A stretch of 64,000 bases of DNA, from NCBI GenBank assembly GCA_052426225.1, contig JBNJNM010000023.1, forward strand, positions 1,006,475 through 1,070,474. Direction: 5' to 3'. The position numbers and the translations under genes were made by a program. This stretch comes from Zancudomyces culisetae HAW-14-8. Taxonomy: Eukaryota; Fungi; Kickxellomycota. Shown here piece after piece: positions 12,276 to 24,632 of the stretch; the first letter of the stretch is position 1, and each line of letters begins with the position of its first letter. The notes under the pieces are model-generated. The model had not been told where the DNA came from. It saw only the letters and a list, made by a program, of their open reading frames with translations, and did no database searches.

Positions 12276-13249
12276 GGTTGTTTAACATTTAAATCATTTT
12301 TCAAAATTTGGTATTCTTTTGTTTGTTAAATAAATAAATAGCAATCATTTTAATTTAACATATAATAAAGACGTTGGAAATAGTAAACAGTATACGTTAA
12401 ATACCACACCATTACTACTGAAATTCAGGCGTTGCAATAAAAACAATTGATGATAAAAATTCAATGTACTGCTTTTTATTTAAAGTATCCTGTATTTTCA
12501 ATCAAGTTAGTTGTAAAATCAATCTATGATTATTTTCCTAATAAAGGGATAATCCCATAAAACTCCAATATCAAATCTATGTCAATGTGTGGGATATTAA
12601 ACCACATAATTAAAGCTTTGATTTTTTTTATCTACCCAGTCATAAATAAATCTAATCAATAAAAAGCTTACGGGTAGTTACACTTCAAATATGTAAAAAC
12701 AAAGAGTAATCCAATAGAGGATGTTGCACGGTTTCTACAAAGTTGTGTAAGTATAAATTTGATCTGAATTAACGGACTTGTAAATCTACAAAGCACCCAA
12801 CTGGGCAATTGTTCTGAATACAAAACATAATGCACTTTTAGTTTCTCGCACCTCGCCCAGTCTTTCAGATACAGAACGGAGCGCTGCACAGCACCTGTTA
12901 GATTCGACATAGAAGGAGCCTATGGGGGCTACAAATCCATGATGGTAATATAATTCAATTCTCAGTCTTTTACCTAAGCGTTTGAGTCTGTCCTCGTGAT
13001 CCACCTCATTAAAGTTTGATTCCGAGACAAGTTATTAAACTATTGCATATAAATCTTAGTTATGTGCATTTTTTACACTGTGACCAAAAGTTGAGCTAAG
13101 TATCAGAGGGTTAGGACTATTGAATTGATCATTTTCGGGTATTTCCTTTCATTTATTCTACTGCAGTTTAATCTTTGACTTTTAATGGGAATTGATATAG
13201 GGATTCTTTAATTCTTGATACTGGAAAAGTTAAGAATAATAATGGTAAA

Positions 13250-14157
13250 TGAAGGATACTATGTCCAACCTGTGACAGATATATGAAAAAAGTATGAACA
13301 AGCGAAACAAAATCGCGAGCTAAAAAAGCAAGGCGTGTCAGTCAGTTCTGTATCACAGCTTAGAAAAAATGTAAAAGCAGCCACGAATACAGCAAAGATA
13401 AATAACCGGACAGGAATGAAAAAGATAACTCAGAAAAAGAAGGTGGTCAAAACTGAAGACGGGTTATTAGAGATAGATTTGGGTATTTCCAGTTTGCAGG
13501 ATTTATTTGTTCGAGTAATCGGGAAACATATAAAGGATGTCACATCATTTGGAGATATCTCTTCAGATGCCATGAATAAAGTGTGTAGGATTATTAGTAA
13601 ATATCGGCTTTTGGATAACGACACACTTCAGCTCTTCTTAACACCAACGCAGGAACAAAGAACAGACCTAGTGTTGTATGACTGCACAAAAATAGATGCG
13701 AATGGGTTATTGAGATTTTATGATTCTGCTAGTGGAAAACGAATTAAGCGGTTTTTCACTCGTTCATTTGGATTTGGGTGGAGTTTACAATCTTGGTGAC
13801 AATACTTTAATTTCCATTCTCAGGCATTCTAACTCTACAATATTTGAGTCTACACTCTGTAACCAAATTTTAGCAACTAATGGCCTTTCTGCCTTTTCTG
13901 GTACTTTTCTTTTCAGTACAGACGAGGATAATAATAGCAGCAAAGATAAAAATAGCACAGGCACAAACAATTCTCAACTGAAAACACCACCGACAGTTAC
14001 TCTTCCAACATGCAAAAACCTACACACACCAAACCTTTCATTTGTAAGGTCTACTGATCACTCTGCCATACCCACTCTCTTCTCTAATAGTCCTAGCTTA
14101 TCTACAATGTTTATGAATAGGAAACCCGAAAGCCATCCCACTAACTTCTTAGTCTGA
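13250..14157 (+). pseudogene. RAD7: Fragmented Rad7-like nucleotide excision repair LRR protein
   Basis: RILCPTC at about 13253 is out of frame with SLQDLFVRVIGKHIKDVTSFGDI..KVCRIISKYRLLDNDTLQLFL..LVLYDCTKID, which matches the Rad7 core. A second frame change at about 13720 leads into LRR-like remnants. No intact start is visible. Confidence 0.7.
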
Positions 14158-15560
14158 TTGGTCGCGAACCTGGTAGTTTTTAACCGAGATTTATTGTTCT
14201 TCCTACCATGTTGGCCATCTATTAATATGTATAGCATTTTATATTTGGTGGGTTTCCGAATTTTAGTTATACCTAATAATGTGTTAATTTATTCAAAATT
14301 CCTATACAATATCTTAGATTCCAAAGTAGTATCCGTAAAAATTAGCGAACAAATCTATTCATTTTGGGGTTTATTGAACTGTGGATATGTTAGGTTTCCA
14401 AAGTTGAAATTATTTGATGAAAATGATGAAATTCAGTGGAGAATACATTTAATTGTATTTGGATTAAGATTTATAACAATTACAACTATTAGCTTATTTT
14501 TTAATTAAAAATTTTTATAAAAATATATAGCATATTGTAATTTAGAACAAGGTTAAAGACTCGGATTTATATAAAATTACTCCAAGCAATTACGACTAGT
14601 TGGTATAAAATAACTCGCTTAGTTTGTTAAAAGTCTGTTGGCTATGCATATTTTGCTTTACAAAATAGCTTAGGTAACATTTGCTAGAAACCAAAAATAG
14701 AGCAAATTCTATGATTTTTAACATTACTTCACGTAGTCCCATCCCGAGTTTCTATTTTTGTTTATCTTACCAAGGTTCTAATGATATAAAATGACAGTAT
14801 GAAGAATTTAGTAATCCTGTTCAGTCGAAACAGTATTCAGAGCAAAATTAGGCTGTTGTTGGTGTTTTTAAAAACGCCACTTACAGTTGAATGCAAGTAA
14901 GCAACTGAACTCGATATTATCATATTAAGCGGAAAGGCTCTTGTTTTAGTATGGCATCACATATTTACTTGATAGAGGTGTTCATCTTTATAACTTATGA
15001 GGTTTTGTTATATTATTACTATCTAGAAATAGAATCAGTAGGTCTACATAAAATTAGACAAATGTGATTGCTATAAGAAATGGGTGATAATGCACTAAAA
15101 ATATTTAAAATAAGAGGTTGTGTAAGTCATGGTTAACTATTTGCTAAGATTGGTTCAAATCATTAGATCGGCCAACGGAACAAGTCTTTTTAAATAAAGT
15201 GTTAAAGGTCATTACGTTTATGTCAATTAGTTACATAATAAACTTTAATATAATGAACTTTTCATCTCTCCGAATCTAAAAAAAGATTTACTTTTCTATA
15301 CTATTTATATTCACAACTGAAAATAGAAAGATCTAAATATACACTAAACAGGACTGTAGTTGTTATGGTTAATTATTTTTTAAAAAAGACACGAGAAATG
15401 TGTAGGAATTAAAATAAAATTAATACAAAGTAGTATATTACAGAAAGTTGTATATAAATCAACGCTATCTACCGATAAACACAATCACAATTCATAGTCA
15501 TCAATAAATACATCTACTATTAATACATCTTTAACTGCAAAAATAAATTAAAAAATAAAA

Positions 15561-18500
15561 ATGAGACCAAGTGTATATACTGCATCCATATCATTGATAG
15601 TAGCTAATCTGCTCTCACCAATAGTGGGAGCATCCACATCGGCTGGAACTGGAAATGTTAACTGTTCTGATTCGATCAGCCAAATTGAAATTGCACAAGG
15701 ATCTGGCGATAGTTCAGTTATCAACTACAATTGGGATAGCGCTATTGACGTTTCTTGCCCATCCCAGGACTATCTTGTTACATTTGATGTCGATCAAACT
15801 TCAGATATATATTTTGCAATTAGCACACAAAAATCTTTGCTTACTGGTGAGGAGGTTATTGAAGGTGTAATCGGTGTAAATACTGGTTCATGGTATGTTG
15901 GATCTTCGGTATATGTCGCACAAACAGATATCGCCTCAGGAGCAGCAGATACTCAAAAAGTATATGTTCAGGTTAGCAGTTCAGGTATTGGAATTGGGTT
16001 AGTAGGAAGTAGCAAACCAATTTTGACAATTTCATCAGCAGATTATGATGCCAGCGCATTCATTAACTCATATGATGTATGGCTTGCATTCAGTGCCGAG
16101 AGGGATTCAGCCAAAATCCAAAATATAGAGTATAACTGTAATGATTCTACTTGTGAAAACCCATCATCAACCAGCTCAACACCATCAACTCTATCAACCA
16201 GCTCAACCCCATCAACCAGCTCAACACCATCAACCCCATCAGCCAGCTCAACTAGTTCAACCAGCTCAACCCCATCAACATCATCAACATCATCAACCTC
16301 ATCAACCAGCTCAACCCCATCAACCAGCTCAACCCCATCAACCAGCTCAACCAGCTCAACCAGCTCAACCAGCTCAACCAGCTCAACCAGCTCAACCAGC
16401 TCAACCAGCTCAACCAGCTCAACCAGCTCAACCAGCTCAACCAGCTCAACCAGCTCAACCAGCTCAACCAGCTCAACCAGCTCAACCCCATCAACCAGCT
16501 CAACCCCATCAACCAGCTCCACTCCATCAACTCCATCAACCAGCTCAACCCCATCAACATCATCAACTCCATCAACCAGCTCAACCCCATCAACCAGCTC
16601 AACCCCATCAACCAGCTCAACCCCATCAACATCATCAACATCATCAACATCATCAACTAGCTCAACCCCATCAACTCCATCAACCAGCTCCACACCATCA
16701 ACCAGCTCAACACCATCAACCAGCTCAACCCCATCAACCCCATCAACTCCATCAACCAGCTCAACCCCATCAACTAGCTCAACCCCATCAACTCCATCAA
16801 CCAGCTCAACCCCATCAACCAGCTCAACCAGCTCAACCAGCTCAACCAGCTCAACCCCATCAACCCCATCAACATCATCAACTCCATCAACCAGCTCAAC
16901 CAGCTCAACCCCATCAACCAGCTCCACTCCATCAACTCCATCAACCAGCTCAACCCCATCAACATCATCAACTCCATCAACCAGCTCAACCCCATCAACC
17001 AGCTCAACCCCATCAACCAGCTCAACCCCATCAACCAGCTCAACCCCATCAACCAGCTCAACCCCATCAACCAGCTCAACCCCATCAACATCATCAACAT
17101 CATCAACACCATCAATCAGCTCAACCCCATCAACTCCATCAACCAGCTCAACTCCATCAACCAGCTCAACACCATCAACCAGCTCAACCCCATCAACATC
17201 ATCAACTCCATCAACCAGCTCAACCCCATCAACCAGCTCAACCCCATCAACCAGCTCAACACCATCAACATCATCAACATCATCAACATCATCAACTCCA
17301 TCAACCAGCTCAACTCCATCAACCAGCTCAACCCCATCAACCAGCTCAACCCCATCAACCAGCTCAACCAGCTCAACCCCATCAACCAGCTCAACCCCAT
17401 CAACCAGCTCCACTCCATCAACTCCATCAACCAGCTCAACCCCATCAACATCATCAACTCCATCAACCAGCTCAACCCCATCAACCAGCTCAACCCCATC
17501 AACCAGCTCAACCCCATCAACCAGCTCAACCCCATCAACATCATCAACTCCATCAACCAGCTCAACTCCATCAACCAGCTCAACACCATCAACCAGCTCA
17601 ACACCATCAACCAGCTCAACTCCATCAACCAGCTCAACACCATCAACCAGCTCAACCCCATCAACCAGCTCCATTCCATCAACTCCATCAACCAGCTCAA
17701 CCCCATCAACATCATCAACACCATCAATCAGCTCAACTTCATCAACCAGCTCAACCCCATCAACCAGCTCCACACCATCAGCATCATCAACACCATCAAC
17801 CAGCTCAACACCATCAACCAGCTCAACTCCATCAACCAGCTCAACCCCATCAACATCATCAACTCCATCAACCAGCTCAACTTCATCAACCAGCTCAACC
17901 CCATCAACCAGCTCCACACCATCAGCATCATCAACACCATCAACCAGCTCAACACCATCAACCAGCTCAACACCATCAACCAGCTCAACCCCATCAACCA
18001 GCTCCATTCCATCAACTCCATCAACCAGCTCAACCCCATCAACATCATCAACACCATCAATCAGCTCAACTTCATCAACCAGCTCAACCCCATCAACCAG
18101 CTCCACACCATCAGCATCATCAACACCATCAACCAGCTCAACTCCATCAACCAGCTCAACCCCATCAACATCATCAACTCCATCAACCAGCTCAACCCCA
18201 TCAACCAGCTCCACACCATCAGCATCATCAACACCATCAACCAGCTCAACACCATCAACCAGCTCAACTCCATCAACCAGCTCAACCCCATCAACCAGCT
18301 CAACCCCATCAACATCATCAACTCCATCAACCAGCTCAACCCCATCAACCAGCTCAACACCATCAACCAGCTCCACTTCATCAACCAGCTCCACACCATC
18401 AACATCATCAACACCATCAACCAGCTCAACTTCATCAACCAGCTCCACACCATCAACATCATCAACACCATCAACCAGCTCAACCAGCTCAACCCCATCA

Positions 18501-19292
18501 ACCAGCTCCACACCATCAACATCATCAACACCATCAACCAGCTCAACCCCATCAACATCATCAACTCCATCAACCAGCTCAACTCCATCAACCCCATCAA
18601 CTCCATCAACCAGCTCAACCAGCTCAACCCCATCAACCAGCTCAACTCCATCAACCAGCTCCACTTCATCAACCAGCTCAACCCCATCAACATCATCAAC
18701 ACCATCAACCAGCTCCACTTCATCAATACCATCAACTCCATCAACCAGCTCAACCCCATCAACATCATCAACACCATCAACCAGCTCAACCCCATCAACC
18801 AGCTCCACACCATCAACCTGTGCTTCCACCTCTGTCGGTCCTAATTCTATTGTATCATCCACTAGCAAAAACAAAGACTACGATTTTGCGCATGCTCTTA
18901 CAATTCCATGTGATACAAGCGACTTTGAGTTTACTGCTAGCGTCTCAACCACATCTGATTTCTTTGTTGCTCTTATGGACAGCGGCGGGTACTACAGTTC
19001 TAATGGTGTAATAGAAGCACAATTTGGTTTATCATCTGGCATCAGTTCCATCAAGAAGGGTAAATACGCTTTGGTTAAACGAAGCAAAGTTTTCACAAGA
19101 GCCGACTTACAAGACATCAAGATTGTTAGCAAGAACTCTCAGCTCCAAATATTTATCAACAATGCGCTCAAGTCCACATATAAGGTTTCCAACTTTAACA
19201 TGACTTCATTGGCCATGGCATCATTCAAAGGCACTGCATCAGTTTTCAACTCAACATTCTCTTGCCAGAGTATTTCTAATTGTAGCAACTAG
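15561..19292 (+). CDS. Secreted mucin-like protein (1243 aa): two homologous globular domains flanking an S/T/P stalk of about 885 aa
   Basis: Signal peptide. N-domain YNWDSAIDVSC..DYLVTFDV..SDIYFAI..VIEGVIG aligns with C-domain YDFAHALTIPC..DFEFTASV..SDFFVAL..VIEAQFG. No hydrophobic GPI tail. Confidence 0.85.
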   Translation: MRPSVYTASISLIVANLLSPIVGASTSAGTGNVNCSDSISQIEIAQGSGDSSVINYNWDSAIDVSCPSQDYLVTFDVDQTSDIYFAISTQKSLLTGEEVIEGVIGVNTGSWYVGSSVYVAQTDIASGAADTQKVYVQVSSSGIGIGLVGSSKPILTISSADYDASAFINSYDVWLAFSAERDSAKIQNIEYNCNDSTCENPSSTSSTPSTLSTSSTPSTSSTPSTPSASSTSSTSSTPSTSSTSSTSSTSSTPSTSSTPSTSSTSSTSSTSSTSSTSSTSSTSSTSSTSSTSSTSSTSSTSSTSSTSSTPSTSSTPSTSSTPSTPSTSSTPSTSSTPSTSSTPSTSSTPSTSSTPSTSSTSSTSSTSSTPSTPSTSSTPSTSSTPSTSSTPSTPSTPSTSSTPSTSSTPSTPSTSSTPSTSSTSSTSSTSSTPSTPSTSSTPSTSSTSSTPSTSSTPSTPSTSSTPSTSSTPSTSSTPSTSSTPSTSSTPSTSSTPSTSSTPSTSSTPSTSSTSSTPSISSTPSTPSTSSTPSTSSTPSTSSTPSTSSTPSTSSTPSTSSTPSTSSTPSTSSTSSTSSTPSTSSTPSTSSTPSTSSTPSTSSTSSTPSTSSTPSTSSTPSTPSTSSTPSTSSTPSTSSTPSTSSTPSTSSTPSTSSTPSTSSTPSTSSTPSTSSTPSTSSTPSTSSTPSTSSTPSTSSTPSTSSIPSTPSTSSTPSTSSTPSISSTSSTSSTPSTSSTPSASSTPSTSSTPSTSSTPSTSSTPSTSSTPSTSSTSSTSSTPSTSSTPSASSTPSTSSTPSTSSTPSTSSTPSTSSIPSTPSTSSTPSTSSTPSISSTSSTSSTPSTSSTPSASSTPSTSSTPSTSSTPSTSSTPSTSSTPSTSSTPSASSTPSTSSTPSTSSTPSTSSTPSTSSTPSTSSTPSTSSTPSTSSTPSTSSTSSTSSTPSTSSTPSTSSTSSTSSTPSTSSTPSTSSTSSTPSTSSTPSTSSTPSTSSTPSTSSTPSTSSTPSTPSTPSTSSTSSTPSTSSTPSTSSTSSTSSTPSTSSTPSTSSTSSIPSTPSTSSTPSTSSTPSTSSTPSTSSTPSTCASTSVGPNSIVSSTSKNKDYDFAHALTIPCDTSDFEFTASVSTTSDFFVALMDSGGYYSSNGVIEAQFGLSSGISSIKKGKYALVKRSKVFTRADLQDIKIVSKNSQLQIFINNALKSTYKVSNFNMTSLAMASFKGTASVFNSTFSCQSISNCSN
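16161..18818 (+). repeat. Coding minisatellite of 9-nt units (TCAACCAGC / TCAACCCCA / TCAACATCA) encoding STS and STP
   Basis: About 2.65 kb array. A 333-nt higher-order duplication is marked by rare variants (ATCAGC at 17727 and 18060; CCATTCC at 17671 and 18004). Confidence 0.95.
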
Positions 19293-21242
19293 GTTTGTTT
19301 AATATTTTTTTTTGGTTACTAGGTTTTGAAAATTCCACTTTAATAAATTTTAGTAGCAAATCAATTGATTTTCTAATATTCAGCTTATCTACTTATTAGT
19401 ATACGGAATGCTTCAGACTTTGGAGAAACAAATATAATTGAATGAAAAATGACGAGATAGAGCATTCAAGAATATATCACAGTATCAACACATTCAAATT
19501 CAAGACCAAATCTTATACTGATTGAAGTACATAAAACTTGAGAGAATGAGTAGTTAGAAATACCTCTTAAACCGGAGTCACATATATGTTTAATACATAT
19601 TGAAAGAAGAGGCAATCCAAAATTTTATCTTTAGTCAAGCTGCGAATAGCAATATTTTTAAATGTAGCCTGTAGAACAAGAATTATTATATGGATCAATT
19701 ATGAGCATAGATATCATTGATCCAACAACCAATGGGCAAGGCTTTCATAGCGGAATAATAAGGTGTTGATTGATAGAGTTAATAAGAGTTATGCCCTGCA
19801 AACTTGTGCTTTATTTGCATAGTAATTCATTGCTGACAAAGAATAGCCACTGTTGTCCCGTGATGCTAGAACGCATTAAGGCCATATTTTTTGCGTAGTT
19901 TCACATTATCTAACAATATTGATGTTTAAATTGACCTACTAAACTTTTTCAATTTTACTTCATTTATGCTAAAATACTAGGCTAATTGAACCGAAAAATG
20001 TGTTTTTTGCATCTCGATAACTCAAAATACGTATGTCTTCTCATCATTTATGGTACAGTTTACACTTTTTTTTAAAGTTCTAATTATTAATATAATCAAG
20101 CTTAATAGATAAATTATAAGCTATTGATATCATCAACATACAAATATGTCGTGTATTCTTCATAGTTTAATGTTGAGTTAAGCCATATCCATTTTTCTGA
20201 ATATATTTATAACAGAATGAATTTGAAATTTAATTTGTTAGCTTTGATTATAAAGCGTGTAACTTGCATTGACTGATTGTCTATTAGTATGTCCCCTATA
20301 TTGGACCGCCGATTAATATTAGAGGATGGAGGTAATGGTCGAGACATTATCACTTTGGTTCCGAATTTCAATGTAATTATTTGCTAAAATAAAAAAATCA
20401 ACACACTTTTTTTCAAAAGAGCAGAAATACAGGTGACTCTGTGTTTTGATTCGTTCATGGAATCATGTCTTTTTGTTATATATAATTTTTCTGGTGCACC
20501 TATATTAGTGCAACACTTTTTCTATATTTAACTCGATTCCAAAAATAATATATCGCCTCTAGAATATTTAATAATGCGTTGTGTGTAAACTATTTCATTT
20601 ACAAAACTATCTTCCCTAAACGAAGAATTTTGTGCAATTTTAATATATAAAATGTATTGCAAATTGAGTACCCGGATTTTAAATCACCATAGTTCTGAAA
20701 CCGGAGGGTATTGACCGAATAAAAAAATCTGTTTGATTGTATTAGATAATAATTATAAAATTTGCTTATATTTTTGTTGGAACTTGTAGGACAGTCAAAA
20801 AAGTGTATAACAACAGTTGAACATGAGTCAACAGAATATCTGAGATAACTCCAAATGCACGTGTGGTTAAAAAATAAAACCATAAGGTGTCAAAATTAGA
20901 ATACATTTTTCAATATATTTTTTAATACACTCGCTCTAGTATCACCTAAATATAGTTCAAAGTGTAGAATAACAGAATTTTTGTACCATTCTAAAATTAG
21001 ATTGTTAAATGAACCATTAAAAATGAAATAAGGTCGTCGGTTTAACACTGTATTAAGAACACTGTAAAAGGTGAACTAGGATGAGGGAAAGGTATAAAAG
21101 ATTCAAAATATCGTTGACAAAAAGAAAAATCATCAACTATTGAAGTTTCTTCAAGTATAATCCAAATTAAAAGCATAGTCATTATAATTTATAATAAGTG
21201 CATTAGCTACATACAACGCTCATTTTATACTAAATATCAAAA

Positions 21243-21701
21243 ATGGTAAAGTCAACACTCGCACTCCTCACAGCCACAGTTGCCACAGTATCAGTAAATG
21301 CTGCAGTTGCCCCAAGACCAAGAGCAAATGTTGGTCCTATGCAACCACCAATGGGACAAGTCCAGGACTTTGGAAGATATGCTCCACCATCTCGCCCTGC
21401 ATTTAACAGACGCTTTGCTACACCAGCCTACCGCAAACGTGCTGACGAAGAGGAAGATGCCCCAGCAGAAAATGCTAGCGCAACTACTGATGCCACCCAA
21501 ACTGCTGATGCTGTTACATCTGATGACAGCTCTGCGCTAACTGTTGATGGTTCAGCAGATGGAAACAGTACAGGAAATGGAACTGATGACCGTTGGTGGT
21601 GGGGGGGATACTACGGGTACCCATATTACGGCGGATACTACGGCTATGGCTATGGCTACGGATACCCATACTATGGCGGATATTACGGATACTACTGGTA
21701 A
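21243..21701 (+). CDS. Secreted precursor with a C-terminal Trp/Tyr/Gly peptide (YG-1)
   Basis: Signal peptide MVKSTLALLTATVATVSVNA, basic pro-region ending RKR, acidic spacer, then TDDR followed by 35 aa of only W/G/Y/P. TATAAAA at 21093. Paralogue at 30000-30422. Confidence 0.85.
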   Translation: MVKSTLALLTATVATVSVNAAVAPRPRANVGPMQPPMGQVQDFGRYAPPSRPAFNRRFATPAYRKRADEEEDAPAENASATTDATQTADAVTSDDSSALTVDGSADGNSTGNGTDDRWWWGGYYGYPYYGGYYGYGYGYGYPYYGGYYGYYW

Positions 21702-22349
21702 TTTGTCACATCCGAATCTCATCTTATTCCATTTGTTCCTATAACATCGAGTTTGTAGGATTTAATTTTATTTAATTTTGTTTAAATAAAATATCCGGTA
21801 AATTTATACTAGAGGTTCAGATCCTACCCATGTATATCAGTCAGATCCTAATCAACATTTGAATTTAAAGCAAAGTCGTAGTTTGTAGTTTAAAAATTAT
21901 CCTACATTCGGATTTATCAATAATATTTAAGCTATTAGTATCTGTAAAGAAAGAATTAATAACTTGTATCGACTGAGTATAAAACTTACTTTGAACGAGC
22001 TTTAAGTGTGTATGAGACATTAAAATGATAAAGATATAATTGTTATTCATTTTTCTAAAGAATTATTTACCTTTGAACTATAAATATTTACATACTCGAT
22101 TTGGCAATGTAGTTTTTAATTTTGAATTATATACATAAGGTTAGTGTGCATGGAGCAACTTTATTCAAACTTGACGCTTTATCCAAACGTTAGATTATTT
22201 TACATTTAAATTACTTTTTTGAATAGTAAAGCATGGGCACGTGTTCTAAATAATTTATATAATTTTTGATAAATATCATTTCTTTCCAACATACGTGGTT
22301 TAAACGGTAAATACCATATCAATATAAAAAAGTAAAAATATATTATAAC

Positions 22350-22640
22350 AAGAAGTGTCCATTTAAACCTAGTGAATGAATATTGGGTCTTATTGAGATA
22401 TTCTTGAAAAATATACATGGCTAATTTTAAAAATCAAGCGTTTACTGTATACGTACTACTACAGTCGTTTTTTCTACATACCAAAATTCCTTCTGATCTA
22501 ATAGTGAGATTAAGAAATTGCCCTAAGGTACCCTGTTTGACGTTATAATGATTAATTTTTCTTATCTGAAAGTCGTTTAATACACCAGAAAAATAGTATC
22601 TTGAAATCACTAAAATACCAAGGTATATCGAGAGGTTTCT
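22350..22640 (-). pseudogene. Pseudogene of the small secreted family (D-like copy H)
   Basis: SRYYFSGVLNDFQIRKINHYNVKQGTLGQFLNLTIRSEGILVCRKNDCSSTYTVNA*...FKW aligns with member D (35197-35556). It has an internal stop, lost cysteines and no signal peptide. Confidence 0.65.
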
Positions 22641-23750
22641 TAGTGGTAATAACTTTATACGTGCAGGGTTTGAGTAGCTGGTAGAAGCAGATGGCATATG
22701 TGTAACCTACGCACATTTGTAAGCTTTTTTGATTTTAGGGAGAGTTTGTAAGCAGATTTCTCTAGTCTAGTCTGGTCAAGTATCTTGTGTTCTATGATAT
22801 AAGATCTAAATAACACAATTACTTGGTAAACTATATTCTTGCTGGAAACTAAAATATTACCAAATGAATTCCATGTTATTTATTATGATAACAACCAAAA
22901 ATAGGAATAAATTTCCAATCACAAAATAAAGAAAATATTCAGATCAAAAATCTTAAAAAATTTATAATGGAATAAGAATAGAAAAAGTGTTTAATAATAT
23001 CAGTATATTTAATATAGCTAAAAATTATTTAATTGACCAAGGAAAATGAGACTGGCTATGTGGACGACTACAAACTTATTATGAAGTAATAACGGATATA
23101 ATAAACATTTATAGGTAAGTTTTATAATAGTTTTAACTGTACCAAATAGCAATATCAAAAGCAGGAAAAATTTCATTAGGAGTCTCTTTAACTCTTTTGG
23201 TGATTATAAAGAATATTGTAAACAAGGAATCTGCTTAAAAAAATGTTGATTAAAGAATTACAGGCTATAAGGATAATGTCGTGTGGATCCCGATACATAA
23301 ATTGATTCAACAATTTCAAATAATATTTAAATTACTTATTAAACAATCAACTAATATGTTTAGTTGAATGAAATGAAAACTTATTATTATTATGCGAACA
23401 TCCAGATACAATTATGTGTGTACCAATCTTTATTATAAATCGAAAATTCTTTCCTAGATACTATTTTTATCGATTAATCCATTACCTTAAAATTTGGTAA
23501 AAAATTAAATCGATAAAAAGAGTGTTTAAATTTAGAAACTTTATACGTAATGATGTGTGTAATGACAGACATCACTGTATAATTTTTATAAAATAAGTAA
23601 AACTAACTAAATAAAATAAATTTAAACCATATATAAACTGATGTCCCCTGTTTCCTGATGAATCTTTACCATCTTTTCTTTCGCTAGGTACTCAACCAGC
23701 TTATAAAAAATACATAGTATTTATAAAAGTCATTAGTTAAATTTTCAATA

Positions 23751-24632
23751 ATGAGTCAAAATGCAAACGTTACAGTTGAAGTTTTGCAACAGATTTTGGA
23801 GAGATTATCAGCTCTTGAAAAACAAACCGCACCAAATGATCACATGTCAGTATCAGAAATCAGTGATTCAGCAAACATCACTGCTCCATCAATCGTTGAT
23901 GCAGTCGACGATGATTCAGTTGAAAACTTCGTGGTTGCCAGACCAACACCATCAGACCTGGTCATGTATCCAAAACTGCAAAAGGCGCTACCAACAGTTG
24001 AACAGGATTTCTTTTGGACACCACTGGCAGATGTCGAACGCAAGAAGTTTTACGCAGCCATCCCAAGAAACTCTGGCATGGATTATGAACCACCAGAGGA
24101 AAACATCAAGTTATCAGGTGACAATAAACGTACTGATGCGATGTTATATGACATCCAGTACCGTTTATCAGCCGTTACAAGACCTTTGGATTACTTCATG
24201 CACGAAGCAATCCGTGACGGAGGTGCAGTCAGTGCCGAAAAACTTGCAGTTTTTATCAACTCAATCAGAGTTTTACTTGCGGATGTTGCATCCAATATCA
24301 CGCAACAAAGAATCAAACTGTCGTACAAAGCCTCAGGAGTACCATCAGATCCTCCAGAAATGGTTTCAACATCAAGGAAGCCTCTCGTGGACATACAGCA
24401 GATGCTCGAAGTTAAAGCAGCTGCAAATACATTGCAGCGTGCAACAAAAAATGTGCAGCAGAGAAGACCAAGATTCAACGCAACCAGGACCTTCCCAAGC
24501 ATTCCGTTTCAGCCATCAGTTAACCAGAATGTTCAAGCAGAGCCGCAGCAGATCCAACAACAACGACAACACAAATCCGCTGCTACTGGCGGTAATTTTC
24601 GGTTTGCAAACAGCAGCAAACACCGAAAGTAG
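23751..24632 (+). CDS. DIRS gag-like ORF1
   Basis: First ORF after the left ITR. Motifs P.N..M.Y.PP and D..LYDIQYRLSAVTRPLD resemble fungal DIRS ORF1. Confidence 0.75.
   Translation: MSQNANVTVEVLQQILERLSALEKQTAPNDHMSVSEISDSANITAPSIVDAVDDDSVENFVVARPTPSDLVMYPKLQKALPTVEQDFFWTPLADVERKKFYAAIPRNSGMDYEPPEENIKLSGDNKRTDAMLYDIQYRLSAVTRPLDYFMHEAIRDGGAVSAEKLAVFINSIRVLLADVASNITQQRIKLSYKASGVPSDPPEMVSTSRKPLVDIQQMLEVKAAANTLQRATKNVQQRRPRFNATRTFPSIPFQPSVNQNVQAEPQQIQQQRQHKSAATGGNFRFANSSKHRK

Noticed and set aside
12668-13004. Possible alpha/beta-hydrolase fragment (YYHHGFVA, YLKDWAR)
   Set aside because: Resemblance too weak and split across frames; left unassigned.
16161-18818. Possible CRISPR array or interstitial telomere
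   Set aside because: No unique spacers and no CCCTAA units; it is an in-frame coding minisatellite in a eukaryote.
16043-19011. Long alternative ORFs over the mucin repeat (943 aa VDGVEL, 956 aa HQPAQP, LSWLM)
   Set aside because: Shadow frames of a stop-free 9-nt repeat. Only the 15561 frame has a leader and unique flanking domains.
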